From: Verrucomicrobiota bacterium
GTDB taxonomy: Bacteria; Verrucomicrobiota; Verrucomicrobiia; Verrucomicrobiales; DEV007
Direction: 5' to 3'
Assembly: GCA_045046875.1 (NCBI GenBank)
Contig: JASFYY010000010.1
Location: 9,258-73,257, forward strand
DNA: 64,000 nucleotides
Part shown: piece after piece, positions 46,742-56,698 of the stretch
How the letters are laid out: every line of letters starts with the position of its first letter
Numbering within the stretch: the stretch's first letter is position 1
Program-made: the position numbers and the translations under genes
Notes under the pieces: generated by a model
Told to the model about the DNA's origin: nothing
The model's input: only the letters and a program-made list of their open reading frames with translations
The model's database searches: none

Positions 46742-48367
46742 CTACGCCTCCATAATCTCCCGTTCAATCTTCGCCACATTCAAGCCATAGATCACCGCCA
46801 GATCTCCAAACGCCTTATCCCCGATTCCCTCCCACTTCATACGAGTTGCCAATAATAATGCCGTGATCCAAGCGTCCAGCGTCTTTCCATCTGGATCCGA
46901 AGCCACCACATGCTCCATTACCACCCCACCCCAACCACCATCACCTAGCTTACCGTCCATCCCCAGCCATTTTCGAGCAATGAACTCTTTCCCCGGATAA
47001 TCGATCTCATCCAGCACCATACGCAACACCACTAGTTTAGCTTTGCTATCCACCCCTTTTTTATTGATCAACTCCGCCATAGCATTCAGCGCCTCCACCG
47101 TTACCTTCTCACCCTTTTCCATCTCCTCCCGCTTCGCTTTAGCTTTAGCCTTCCTCTCCCCCTCACCCTTTTCATTCTTCACCGGACGTTTTGAAAAAAT
47201 ACTTTCCACCCCATCAGCCGCCGCCTTTTCATTTACCGCCTCAACAGCCAATTTACGCACAACCAATTTATGCGTCCGCCCCGAGTATGGATTTCTCGCC
47301 AAAACCACAGGCACATCAGGCGCACCCCTTAACAACTTACCCCACGTCCCTGCCGACTCATCGTAATGCCCCAAATCCTCATAACCAGGGCGTCTTGACA
47401 AGTCTGCGTAATCACCTCCAAACATCGGATATTGGTTATTCTGAAAAACCAGCTCAGCCTCAGTCAAAGATAACACCTTCTGCCCTTTCAGCTTCGCCTT
47501 GGACGCCGCCTCTTTCCAAGCCAATTCACTTTTCTCGCGAAAACAAACCGGCCTAGTGCACAGATCAGGATCAATTCCCCGCTTCACCTTTCCCCGCCCA
47601 CCAGAACGATCCGCCAACAACTCCCCAAGATCAGGATCATTACCCGTCCGGAACTCACAATCCTTACATGCCCCCACTTTAGGAAGTAAAATTTGATCAG
47701 ACAAACTAAAACCACCAAGCCTCAAATCGATAATAAAGTCCTCACGAATCAGCTCCGCAGCCTCAGTGATACTCATCGGACCATCCCCCCAATCACCACC
47801 AGACAAAATCAAATCCATCGCCCGCTTACGCTCTGCTTTATCCGGGATCCGCCCCACCATTTCCCCCACCCGTATCGGCACCTCCCCACGATCAATCATC
47901 TTCAAGATTTTCGCCGGAGCATTAATCAGCTTTAAGCGACTCCTTATATGCCCCGCCTTGCACCCAATTTTACTCGCAATCTCCGCCGGAGAATACAACG
48001 CCACCCCATCTTCCCCCTTCAATTTCAACAAAGATGCATACCCCCGTGCCTCCTCACTCGGCAGCACATCCTCCCGCTGCAGGTTCTCCACCAACTGCAG
48101 CTCCACCACCTCATTGTCAGTCAACACCCTCACCACACAAGGCACCTGCTTTTCCTCAGTCAGCACCGCTCCTCGAAACCTCCGTTCCCCAGCCACAATT
48201 TCAAACATCCCATCACTGCCCACCTTCCTCACCGTCAAGTTTTGCATTATCCCATGCTGGCGAATAGAATCAGCCAGCTCCTTCAACTTCTCCACATCAA
48301 AAGTCTTACGTGGATTCGTTGGGCTCGGCTGCAGCTTATTCAGATCAATATATTCAATTACATTCAT
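46742..48367 (-). CDS. ParB/RepB/Spo0J family protein
   Basis: SPTNPRKTF, IVAGERRFRG, LVENLQRED, HTH. Confidence 0.9.
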   Translation of the reverse strand: MNVIEYIDLNKLQPSPTNPRKTFDVEKLKELADSIRQHGIMQNLTVRKVGSDGMFEIVAGERRFRGAVLTEEKQVPCVVRVLTDNEVVELQLVENLQREDVLPSEEARGYASLLKLKGEDGVALYSPAEIASKIGCKAGHIRSRLKLINAPAKILKMIDRGEVPIRVGEMVGRIPDKAERKRAMDLILSGGDWGDGPMSITEAAELIREDFIIDLRLGGFSLSDQILLPKVGACKDCEFRTGNDPDLGELLADRSGGRGKVKRGIDPDLCTRPVCFREKSELAWKEAASKAKLKGQKVLSLTEAELVFQNNQYPMFGGDYADLSRRPGYEDLGHYDESAGTWGKLLRGAPDVPVVLARNPYSGRTHKLVVRKLAVEAVNEKAAADGVESIFSKRPVKNEKGEGERKAKAKAKREEMEKGEKVTVEALNAMAELINKKGVDSKAKLVVLRMVLDEIDYPGKEFIARKWLGMDGKLGDGGWGGVVMEHVVASDPDGKTLDAWITALLLATRMKWEGIGDKAFGDLAVIYGLNVAKIEREIMEA

Positions 48368-48389
48368 TTTTTTTTCGCGTTGTTAGTTA

Positions 48390-48926
48390 CTATTCAGGTT
48401 TAAATTTTCTCTTCCCCATTCCACCTCGCCTGCTGCAGTTACCCATTTGCACCGCCGCATATTTCTTACATGCCTCCTTGCTCTTCCCCCCAGGCACATG
48501 AGTCCCTACCGCCCCCCACTTTTCCATGAATTCCACAATCACTCGTTTCTCCCGCGCCCCCGTTGCCGACTTCGTCTCATTCAGAATCACCGCCATTTGA
48601 GTTAGACTTGTCCCCTGCATGATATCCGGGCAAGTCCTCCTACAAAGCGCCGCAAAGTTCTTAAACGCCCCCCACGGATTCCTCGCGCCCTGCCAGACAA
48701 AACGAACCACCGCACGCAACGCCTCAACCCGCGCAGCAATCAGCAGCTCCTTCAGTTCATCCTCCATATCACGCGCCGCCTGCTCTTCCCCGTGGATCAC
48801 CATGCTCAAAGGCGTGCGCCCCTCCACCACCTCAGCCACCCCGTCACGCCAAATGGCTCCCATCGTCGATTCCGACCGCCGCTCCCAATCGGAGAAATTA
48901 TGCTTACCAGTTTTAATTTTGCCCAT
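48390..48926 (-). CDS. Protein with sigma-region-4-like HTH; candidate late transcription factor
   Basis: SLTQMAVILNETKSATGAREKRV aligns by eye with sigma70 region 4.2. Confidence 0.5.
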   Translation of the reverse strand: MGKIKTGKHNFSDWERRSESTMGAIWRDGVAEVVEGRTPLSMVIHGEEQAARDMEDELKELLIAARVEALRAVVRFVWQGARNPWGAFKNFAALCRRTCPDIMQGTSLTQMAVILNETKSATGAREKRVIVEFMEKWGAVGTHVPGGKSKEACKKYAAVQMGNCSRRGGMGKRKFKPE

Positions 48927-48932
48927 AACTAA

Positions 48933-49808
48933 TCATTTAACTTTAGGAAATTCACGAACACGTAGAACCTGTGGCCATTCCTCCGGATCCCCTCCTTTGC
49001 TATGCCTCGTTGAAAACTCTCGCCCCCTAATCAAAGCATTCCCACCCACCTGCTTCATGAAAAATGCAACACTCTTAACTGCGCATTCCTCTATCAAGTT
49101 CTCAGCCCATTCCCCCTCAAAAGAGCGTGCTCCGCCGCCGCTTTCCCCACCTACAATCAACCAATCGGGACGAACTCCCCCCATGTGGATCGGTCCTAGT
49201 AATGGCTCAGCACTAACAAAATGCACTTTGGCTGGAATATCCATTAAACACGGAACTCTCTCATCCCATCGGATCTGATCCTCTGCACTAGTTCCTAACC
49301 AAATATTATCAGGAGCACCGTCAATAATCCACCTAGAAATAAATGAGGCTGTCTCTGCAGGAAAGCCTGACTGCAGACTAGCTGCCGAACTAAAAGTAAA
49401 AACCCTTTGGATTCGATCGTGAAAACACTCTGGACGCTTAGTCAATAACAGCCAATCCAAATGCGGAGTAACACGAATTAAATCCAACAAATCTCGCAAC
49501 CACTCAATCTCAACCTCATCATCCAACCAATCAGCTAGTGACGCGCAGAACACGCGAGGCCTCTTACTGAAACCATTTTCGTAGTGAAAACGCTCAGCAT
49601 CTTGATTCCATTTTAACGGCTTATTCCAATTCGCCACACTAGTCCGCCGCCTCGGAGCACCTTCACCCCAATTAATCGCCTCGCCCTTGTTCCACCGCTT
49701 GTTCCGACTCTCGGCGTAGCAACGCGCACATCCTGCCGAAACCTTTGTACACCCCTCCCACGGATTAAACGTATAATCACACCACTGGATTTTTGTTTTA
49801 TCGTTCAT
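48933..49808 (-). CDS. Phage Gp37/Gp68 (DUF5131) family protein
   Basis: TKIQWCD.TFNPWEGCTKVSAGCARCYAE, LLTKRP, SAEPLLG, VGGESG. Confidence 0.9.
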   Translation of the reverse strand: MNDKTKIQWCDYTFNPWEGCTKVSAGCARCYAESRNKRWNKGEAINWGEGAPRRRTSVANWNKPLKWNQDAERFHYENGFSKRPRVFCASLADWLDDEVEIEWLRDLLDLIRVTPHLDWLLLTKRPECFHDRIQRVFTFSSAASLQSGFPAETASFISRWIIDGAPDNIWLGTSAEDQIRWDERVPCLMDIPAKVHFVSAEPLLGPIHMGGVRPDWLIVGGESGGGARSFEGEWAENLIEECAVKSVAFFMKQVGGNALIRGREFSTRHSKGGDPEEWPQVLRVREFPKVK

Positions 49809-50140
49809 AGCCTCTTAAATTCAATCCTTGTCACAATCGTCCCCGGATCACACTTCATGTGCCTGCAGAACATTTTTATGAACTCCTCCCGGCTCATATC
49901 TGGAAACCCTTCTTCCTCCACCTCTTTCTGCGCGATGAAATACAACCGCTCCCTGGTTACAGCCAATACTTCGAACTCCCCCAATCTCTCTACCTTCTCG
50001 CCCCGCTTCAGCCCCATGCCTTTTTTCACAGCACAAAGAATGTCTCCCCGCTCTAAGTTTCTCCACCCTAGCCGCCTGGTAACAGTCTTGGATCCATCCA
50101 TGAATTGCTCCGTTGTGAGCATAAATGACATATTTCTCAT
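49805..50140 (-). CDS. ASCH/PUA-like domain protein
   Basis: GSKTVTRR, EEEGF, RIEF; ATG 50140 is ATGA-coupled. Confidence 0.75.
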   Translation of the reverse strand: MRNMSFMLTTEQFMDGSKTVTRRLGWRNLERGDILCAVKKGMGLKRGEKVERLGEFEVLAVTRERLYFIAQKEVEEEGFPDMSREEFIKMFCRHMKCDPGTIVTRIEFKRL

Positions 50141-50355
50141 TTTCGTAATGCTGATTTTATTGCTATTCTCGACCTCTTGACCGCCGCCGCATGGCGACCC
50201 AACAAACTCGCCGCAGCCCCTAAATTCGCCGCATACCCCACCGATACCAAAGCTGCCCGCTTGCCAAACAAGCTCAACATCCGCCACCCAGGAGGCACAG
50301 CTTTGCCCTCCAGCGGACTCCCTTCCGTCCAGAATTTCTCTCCACCACCACTCAT
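50137..50355 (-). CDS. Phage hypothetical protein, first gene of the replication operon
   Basis: Stop overlaps the ASCH start. Confidence 0.4.
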   Translation of the reverse strand: MSGGGEKFWTEGSPLEGKAVPPGWRMLSLFGKRAALVSVGYAANLGAAASLLGRHAAAVKRSRIAIKSALRK

Positions 50356-50410
50356 ACCGCCCCCCCTTCCACTCGATTCACCCCACAAGAAATCAGCACA
50401 TTTGCATTAA

Positions 50411-50433
50411 AGGTGCTTCTAAAAAGTGCTTCC
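50411..50433 (+). promoter_or_regulatory. Putative integrase arm-type binding sites (right)
   Basis: agGTGCTTCtaaaaaGTGCTTCc, matching 9178-9201. Confidence 0.65.
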
Positions 50434-50491
50434 GCTATTTTGGGAGAGCTTGAAACAAGCTCTACAGACCATATAAAATAAGGGGAAATAA

Positions 50492-50535
50492 GTGGAGCAT
50501 ACCGGAATCGAACCGATGACCTCCTCAATGCCATT
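50492..50535. repeat. Prophage att core, right copy (within the reconstituted tRNA)
   Basis: 44 bp identical to 8973-9016. Confidence 0.95.
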
Positions 50536-50565
50536 GAGGCGCTCTACCAACTGAGCTAATGCCCC
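50493..50565 (-). tRNA. tRNA-Ala(GGC)
   Basis: GGGGCATTAGCTCAGTTGGTAGAGCG CCTCA ATGGCAT TGAGG AGGTCATCGGTTCGATTCCGGTATGCTCCA; 73 nt, no encoded CCA. Confidence 0.97.
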
Positions 50566-50777
50566 ATATTTGCCAACGGTTTCATTTTTCTGCTTCTGCG
50601 AAGTGGAAACAAACCGTTATCAGTGGGAACGCGCGCATCTTATTCCTGAAACACCCTTTCATCAACCCCTTTTTACCCTTCTCTTCATCATCCTTATAGA
50701 TCCTTACTCAGAAAGCTTGCCGTGAGTTCATTTTTTTGTAAACTGCCTTCATCCCCCCAAATCTGCCTTTAATTTTC

Positions 50778-52289
50778 ATGAAAAGCTTTTTCCCACTCCA
50801 TTCGTTCTCCAAATACCAGCTGCAGTTCTTTTCATTACTCAGCGCTTGCCTGATAACCCTTCTTCCGGCTCACGGCCAACAAGCCGCTTTACGCACTTTC
50901 AGTAACATCCAAGGGGTCAAATTCCAAGGGCGCTTGGTAGCGGTCTCAGCGGACAAAGCCACCCTGCAACTCGCCAATGGCAGGAACTACACCACCTCCA
51001 TTGCCAGTTTCTCGCCTGCTGATCAGGCTTACATCAAGGCCTGGAACTCCAATAGTTCCAGCGGCTCGATGACGTCCCTGCCCGCTCCAGTGAAATCAGG
51101 CGTGAAAATTGATAAAATCAATGCCTTGCTCGGCCTGCCTCTGTTCATCGATGGTGACCTTTGGAACAACCCCAGTGGACAAACTGCCAAACGTCTGCGC
51201 TGGCCTAGGGAATCAAACACCCCGTTCTCTAGCAGTTACCGTGGTTACCCCGAAAAAAATTACCGCATCGCCCAAACCCGCCCCTATTCAGTGGTGCTCT
51301 ATGGCGACAATGGCAAGGTCTCCAGCCTCTCGGTCGTATTTGCCAACAAAGGCGATTTTTTCAGTGCTGCCGGCAGCGGCGAAAACCATTTCATTAAAGG
51401 CAAAGCCGTGCCCGACAGCGCCGCCGGGCTGAGAAAACTGATGGACTATGACACCAAAATCATTTCCGAAGCACTGACCAAAGCGTTGGGGCCACCCAAG
51501 CGCCAGCAATTCGGAGACGGATCGACCCGGCAGATTGTCTATCGCTGGGATTGGAGCGGTCACGCTTTTTTACTTTCCAAAGTCGACGGCGAATACGTCA
51601 GCCTCTCCATCCAACCCGTTGCGTTTGCCGACAAACGCGGCCGCATGAAACGCATCCCCGACTCCGTGATCAGCAAACGCCTTCAGGACAATATTGAAAA
51701 ACGCGACAACGGTGACGTGGTGATCAATAACATCCCCATGGTCAATCAAGGCCCCAAAGGTTACTGCGTGCCCGCCACCGCCGAACGCTGCATGCGATAC
51801 CTCGGCATACCCGCCGACATGTACCTGCTCGCGATGGCAGGAAAAACCGAAGCCGGAGGCGGTACCTCGGCCACGGTTTTGCTCGAAGCTGTCGGTCGCG
51901 ATATCAAACGCAAGGGCCGCACCTTCAATATCTGGGATAGCAAACTCAAACTCCGTGAAATCGCTCGATACATCGACCATGGCATCCCGGTGATGTGGGG
52001 GCTTTTCAGCACCAAGGAATTTAACAGAACCGCAGATTCCCGCACCATGGAACGAAAAAACTCGGCAGGCTGGAACCAGTACAAAGCAAAAATCAAAAGA
52101 GTTTCCAATGCCAACAAACTAACAGTCGATCCCAGCACCTCCCATGTCGTCATCATCACTGGTTACAACAAAAGCACTGGCGAGATCGCCTTCAGTGACA
52201 GCTGGGGCGAACGTTACAAAGAACGCTGGATCACCATCTCCGAAGCCCAGCAAGTTTCCCAAGACCGTTTCTACGTGGTTGAGCTATAA
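50778..52289 (+). CDS. Secreted SHD1-domain protein with C39-like cysteine peptidase domain
   Basis: RTFSN..SFSPADQAYI; NQGPKGYC, HVVIITGY, DSWG. Confidence 0.75.
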   Translation: MKSFFPLHSFSKYQLQFFSLLSACLITLLPAHGQQAALRTFSNIQGVKFQGRLVAVSADKATLQLANGRNYTTSIASFSPADQAYIKAWNSNSSSGSMTSLPAPVKSGVKIDKINALLGLPLFIDGDLWNNPSGQTAKRLRWPRESNTPFSSSYRGYPEKNYRIAQTRPYSVVLYGDNGKVSSLSVVFANKGDFFSAAGSGENHFIKGKAVPDSAAGLRKLMDYDTKIISEALTKALGPPKRQQFGDGSTRQIVYRWDWSGHAFLLSKVDGEYVSLSIQPVAFADKRGRMKRIPDSVISKRLQDNIEKRDNGDVVINNIPMVNQGPKGYCVPATAERCMRYLGIPADMYLLAMAGKTEAGGGTSATVLLEAVGRDIKRKGRTFNIWDSKLKLREIARYIDHGIPVMWGLFSTKEFNRTADSRTMERKNSAGWNQYKAKIKRVSNANKLTVDPSTSHVVIITGYNKSTGEIAFSDSWGERYKERWITISEAQQVSQDRFYVVEL

Positions 52290-52310
52290 AAGCGTCGCTA
52301 TTCAAAAAAA

Positions 52311-53342
52311 CTACTCACCCTTTGCCCACGCGGCAATAATCCCGGTGAGGCCCTTGCCGGCCGCTTCCAAGCGATCAAGGTCGATCTGCTGCATTTGGTC
52401 TCCCGCTTGATGATATTCACGATAACGGAAAGGGCCGGTATCCGTGATCATCAAAGCAGGATAACCCACTTGCCAAAACGACCAATGATCAGAGCGGTCC
52501 GCATGAAGAGCTCCCGGCTTGGCTATATTCATCTCAATGGTCAAATCGCTGCCTGCTTGAAAACCGGCCTTCGCCTGGCGGACCAATTGCCCGGACTTCT
52601 CATTGCCCACCAAAACCAGGAAATTGCCCACCGTCGGAGCTCCTTGAGGAGCTCCTTTGGGATGTTTCTGGCTGTTGGCCGCATCAGAAAAAAAAGCCAG
52701 CGAATCCAAACTGAGCATGGCCACCACATTCACCCCTTTGTTTTTCAAGGCTTTGGCATACACCAGACTCCCCATCTGCTCCGTCCTCGCCCAAGGAGCT
52801 TCCTCATTAACAAAAGCCACGAACTTCAAAGTACGCTCGTTTTCCGTACCGATAAAAGCATTAGCCAGACTCAACAAAGCCGCGACACCCGAAGCATTGT
52901 CATCCGCCCCCGGACTGCCCGCCACCGTATCGTAATGTGCTCCTATCACAATCACCTCGTCATGCTTCTTTCCACCCGGCACCGTTACTTCTAAATTCCA
53001 CACCTCCTGCCCCTCCACCAGGTATTTCTGACGCTGCACCTGGTAACCCATGTTACTTTCCCCCAGCGAAGACTCGATGAAATACGCCGCCGCTCTTAAA
53101 CTCTCGATTTTGCCGACATGGCGCTCCCCTATATCCTCGGCCAGAACCTTCACATAATGTTCCAAATCAACCCGGTTGACCGGCTTCCTCATCATGCGGG
53201 TGAACTGCTGCTCGTGCACATCCGGACGCGCCGCCTGCTGCGGTCGAAACCATTCGGTATACAAAAAAGAGGCCGCCGTGATCAGCACCAGTCCTGCCGG
53301 CAAACCGACTAAACAAAAACGAATAACTTTACCCGGATCCAT
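52311..53342 (-). CDS. M28 family metallopeptidase
   Basis: GAHYDT, GADDNASG, NEE, RSDH, YH. Confidence 0.9.
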   Translation of the reverse strand: MDPGKVIRFCLVGLPAGLVLITAASFLYTEWFRPQQAARPDVHEQQFTRMMRKPVNRVDLEHYVKVLAEDIGERHVGKIESLRAAAYFIESSLGESNMGYQVQRQKYLVEGQEVWNLEVTVPGGKKHDEVIVIGAHYDTVAGSPGADDNASGVAALLSLANAFIGTENERTLKFVAFVNEEAPWARTEQMGSLVYAKALKNKGVNVVAMLSLDSLAFFSDAANSQKHPKGAPQGAPTVGNFLVLVGNEKSGQLVRQAKAGFQAGSDLTIEMNIAKPGALHADRSDHWSFWQVGYPALMITDTGPFRYREYHQAGDQMQQIDLDRLEAAGKGLTGIIAAWAKGE

Positions 53343-53363
53343 ATTTATTAAAAACTTCAGTAT

Positions 53364-53822
53364 TTACCGCACCTTACGGCGATAGCGTTTCAAGCTATCA
53401 TCCATCACACTTTGAGAACTTTCCAGCAAATCACACAAACCATCGGTAAAAATCACCTCGGCCCCCAGAGCATACACCATATTCTGCTCCGCCAGATCAT
53501 CCGTCGCCACCGTGATCCGGTGACGCTGCGCGTATTTGGCACTCAAGCGCTCAATGATATCATCCGCCGTGTGAGACGAATCGCTATAAAAAACCTGAAC
53601 TTCGTGTTCGGCACGGTGTTGCGGTGACTCCATGCGCTCCCCGCGACCGTCAAAAACCAGCACCACTCTTACCCCGGAGACATCCTGATAACGCCCCAGA
53701 AGAAGTTTGAGCCGTTCATGCGCCAGCCCGATGCCACTGCGATGCAGCTCTTTCAATTCTGGCCAGGCGTGAATGACATTATTGCCATCAACCAAAAGAT
53801 ATGTGCGATCGCTTGCCATCAC
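53364..53822 (-). CDS. YacP-like NYN/PIN domain protein
   Basis: [22 protein letters not shown]. Confidence 0.85.
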   Translation of the reverse strand: MMASDRTYLLVDGNNVIHAWPELKELHRSGIGLAHERLKLLLGRYQDVSGVRVVLVFDGRGERMESPQHRAEHEVQVFYSDSSHTADDIIERLSAKYAQRHRITVATDDLAEQNMVYALGAEVIFTDGLCDLLESSQSVMDDSLKRYRRKVR

Positions 53823-53891
53823 CCCAATAATGGATGAACCAACAAGCTCCGCTCCGCCGCTGAATCCATCAAGCAGCAGCGGAAAAGAAAA

Positions 53892-54230
53892 TCAGCTATC
53901 TGATTTTTCTTCGCTGGCTTTTTTGGCCACTGCTTTTTTAGCAGGTGCCTTTTTTGCTGCCGCCTTTTTTGCGGGTGCTTTTTTTGCGGGTGCTTTTTTG
54001 GCCGGGGCCGGAGCCTTCTTAGCTGCCGCCTTTTTTGCGGGTGCTTTTTTGGCCGGAGCCTTTTTAGCCGCTACTTTTTTAGCCGCAGCTTTCTTTTTAG
54101 GCGCTGCACTGGTAGATTTTTTTCCAGTGGTTTTGGCCAAACGCATCGCTGTCACCTCACGCTCTTTTTTGCGTTTAAGGTAGGTTTTGCGTCTTTTACG
54201 TTTGATCTCTTTATTATACTGCTTGCTCAT
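53892..54230 (-). CDS. Histone H1-like Lys/Ala-rich protein
   Basis: Tandem [10 protein letters not shown] pentapeptides. Confidence 0.75.
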   Translation of the reverse strand: MSKQYNKEIKRKRRKTYLKRKKEREVTAMRLAKTTGKKSTSAAPKKKAAAKKVAAKKAPAKKAPAKKAAAKKAPAPAKKAPAKKAPAKKAAAKKAPAKKAVAKKASEEKSDS

Positions 54231-54577
54231 GGCTAAAAAATATTGGCGCCCCTGTTTCGGAAGCCTTGCCTATTTAGCCGCACAATCCTAATCGTGCAAG
54301 CAGAAAACCTCGCACTCTCCATAGCATCCCTGTGGTCTTTCTTCTGCAGATCGACACTATTTTCAATAAAATCGCAACTTACATCGATTTGCGGCGTTTT
54401 ATTCCTACGTCAGCCACTTATCTCCCACAAAACTTTCTTTAGATTGAATTGAATAAAATTTCCACCCCAGCCGTCTACCCTGTTGTGTTTTGTAAGTCTG
54501 TCACAGTCAAACGATTCACGACAATACCCTAATATAACAAGATACATTCCATTCCAAGCCCTCAAACCTCTCTCTCT

Positions 54578-54874
54578 ATGAAATCAGTCCTCAAAACCAT
54601 ACTCGCCCTGACAACCGCCTCTGGACTCGCCACAGGTCTGGTCGTCGCCAAAAAACACCCTGAAATATTCGGCTTACAGAGAGCTGCCGTTGCTGTTTCA
54701 CCGATTATCATCCACAAAGACCTTACCGTCAGTTTCCTGGAACGCATCCCTCCCGCCCACATAGCGGCCGAAATCCGTAAAACGGTACGCAGTGACAACC
54801 CCGCCGAACTTAACAAACAGCTCGTCAAATACCGGCTTTTTGTCGTGCCTGAAAGCAATTCGGGTAAGTTCTAG
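54578..54874 (+). CDS. Hypothetical exported protein
   Basis: Signal-like N-terminus. Confidence 0.5.
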   Translation: MKSVLKTILALTTASGLATGLVVAKKHPEIFGLQRAAVAVSPIIIHKDLTVSFLERIPPAHIAAEIRKTVRSDNPAELNKQLVKYRLFVVPESNSGKF

Positions 54875-55005
54875 AGCCCTTTCATTACCCTGCTGCTGCC
54901 ATATTTATCCAATACCTTCATTGTATTCCCTTTTACAAAACTTTTACAATAAATTCACCGTATTTTGACGCAAACCTGAGCCATTCGCTCTAATGTTTGG
55001 GAACT

Positions 55006-55839
55006 ATGAAGATTCCCATTCACTTAAAATCCAATCCACGCGTCCTTACGCAAATTGTCGTATTTGCGTTGCTTTTCCTAAGCCCCTCGCTCTTTGCGCA
55101 AGCGAAAAAACCCGCCAACTCAAAGGTCGTCGAGCAGCAACCGTCCGCTCAGGTCGGGATCTTAATCGAGTATTTTAAACTGGATCACAGAGCGGCCAAC
55201 AAGCTGATCCACAAATTTTCGTCCAAAGCATCCAACGCGCAGGAGCTACGCGATATACTGGGTGAAATGACAAAAAAGAACGAAGCCGAGCTTTTTGAAA
55301 CAGGCTGGGTCCGATGCAGGAGCGGTCAGCGAGCCAAAACTGAATCCATACGGGAAGACATTGATCCATCTAGATACGCCCACCCCGAAATCCAAAACGT
55401 CGTTGATGATACAACGGCAATCAAAGAAGAAAATGCCCCCACCCCAATCAAAGTGGATCAACCACCAAAACAAACCCCAGTTCAAAAAGCTTCCCTCTAC
55501 ATGACCGCAGCCACTCCTACCGATTTTAAAACAAAACATGTGGGTCTGACTTTAGAAGTTGATCCAGTCATCATGAAAGGCAACAAAATCATTGATCTCA
55601 GCCTTTCTACAGAAATCATAACGCGGTTACCAGACCTACATTTCACCCGTCCGGGGTTTGAATCTACCGCTCGGGGCATTGAAAACATTTCAATGCCTAG
55701 TTTTTATACTATGAAAACTATCACTCGAATCAAAGCTATTCCCGGGAATTACAATTTATTAGCAATTCACACCCCTCATGATGAGCCAAATAAACGAATC
55801 ATGGTTCTACTGAAAACCGATCTTTTCCTGGCCCGATAA
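55006..55839 (+). CDS. Secretin-fragment-like exported protein, paralogue 1
   Basis: RSGQRAKTESIRE, VGLTLEVDP. Confidence 0.6.
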   Translation: MKIPIHLKSNPRVLTQIVVFALLFLSPSLFAQAKKPANSKVVEQQPSAQVGILIEYFKLDHRAANKLIHKFSSKASNAQELRDILGEMTKKNEAELFETGWVRCRSGQRAKTESIREDIDPSRYAHPEIQNVVDDTTAIKEENAPTPIKVDQPPKQTPVQKASLYMTAATPTDFKTKHVGLTLEVDPVIMKGNKIIDLSLSTEIITRLPDLHFTRPGFESTARGIENISMPSFYTMKTITRIKAIPGNYNLLAIHTPHDEPNKRIMVLLKTDLFLAR

Positions 55840-55867
55840 CTACTTTTTAATTTCTAATAATACACTC

Positions 55868-56698
55868 ATGAAACTTAACCTTTTTTGTATCGTCACAATT
55901 TTGCTATCAGTTTTTACCACGCCCCTGACCGCGCAGGATAAAGCTATAAACTCCACCGAGGAGAAGATCTCAACCTCAATCAAAAAGAAAGACGTTTTCA
56001 TCAAAAATACTCAGGATAAAACCGACTTCGAAGGCATTACTCCCGATATAGGTATTTTGGTAGAATACATTTCACTCGATCACCAAGCCGCCAGCGAATT
56101 GCTGCGAAAGTTTACCCCAAAAGCAGCTGATGTGACAGAACTGCGCGATGAATTGGAACAAATGATCGACAACAAAAAAGCCAATTTATTAGAAACCACC
56201 TGGCTTTGGAGCCGAAGTGGCCAACGAGCCAAGACAGAATCAGTGAGAGAGGCGATTTATGCGACTGAATACACTCCCCCTGAAATGCCAAAAAACATTG
56301 ATCCTCCAGTCATTTCTGATCCTGCGGAAAACGAGGCATCTTCTAATAGCGATATTCAGCTGATTTCCTCAATGCCCACCGCTTGGGAGATGAGGAATGT
56401 GGGCACCACTCTTGAATGCGACCCCGTCCTATCATCAGATCATAAACTCATCAGCATCTCTCTAGCTCCTGAAATCGTCACCCAGTTGGAAGACCGCTAT
56501 TTCACTCGCGAAGATTTCGAAAAAACAGCCTACGGCGTCGAACACATCTCCATGCCCACTTTCTACGCTATCAAAGACACCGTTCAGATCGAGGTCACCC
56601 CTGGCAAATATAACCTGCTCGGCATTCACACTCCGAACGATGATACCAGCAAACGAATCCTGGTTCTTCTTCGAGCGGATTTAATTTCCTTTGAGTGA
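55868..56698 (+). CDS. Secretin-fragment-like exported protein, paralogue 2
   Basis: RSGQRAKTESVRE, RNVGTTLECDP; clearly similar to neighbour. Confidence 0.6.
   Translation: MKLNLFCIVTILLSVFTTPLTAQDKAINSTEEKISTSIKKKDVFIKNTQDKTDFEGITPDIGILVEYISLDHQAASELLRKFTPKAADVTELRDELEQMIDNKKANLLETTWLWSRSGQRAKTESVREAIYATEYTPPEMPKNIDPPVISDPAENEASSNSDIQLISSMPTAWEMRNVGTTLECDPVLSSDHKLISISLAPEIVTQLEDRYFTREDFEKTAYGVEHISMPTFYAIKDTVQIEVTPGKYNLLGIHTPNDDTSKRILVLLRADLISFE

Larger units (their letters stand above)
8973..50535. mobile_element. Temperate siphovirus-type prophage, ~41.5 kb, integrated in tRNA-Ala(GGC)
   Basis: 44-bp att duplication; integrase, repressor, lysis, tail, head, terminase and replication modules; no sheath gene recognised. 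Confidence 0.95.

Noticed and set aside
50141..50287. N-terminal extension of the ASCH ORF
   Set aside because: Low-complexity sequence; ATG 50140 is ATGA-coupled to an upstream ORF
53930..54100. 15-bp-period tandem DNA repeat as a non-coding element
   Set aside because: Explained by the KKAPA coding repeats
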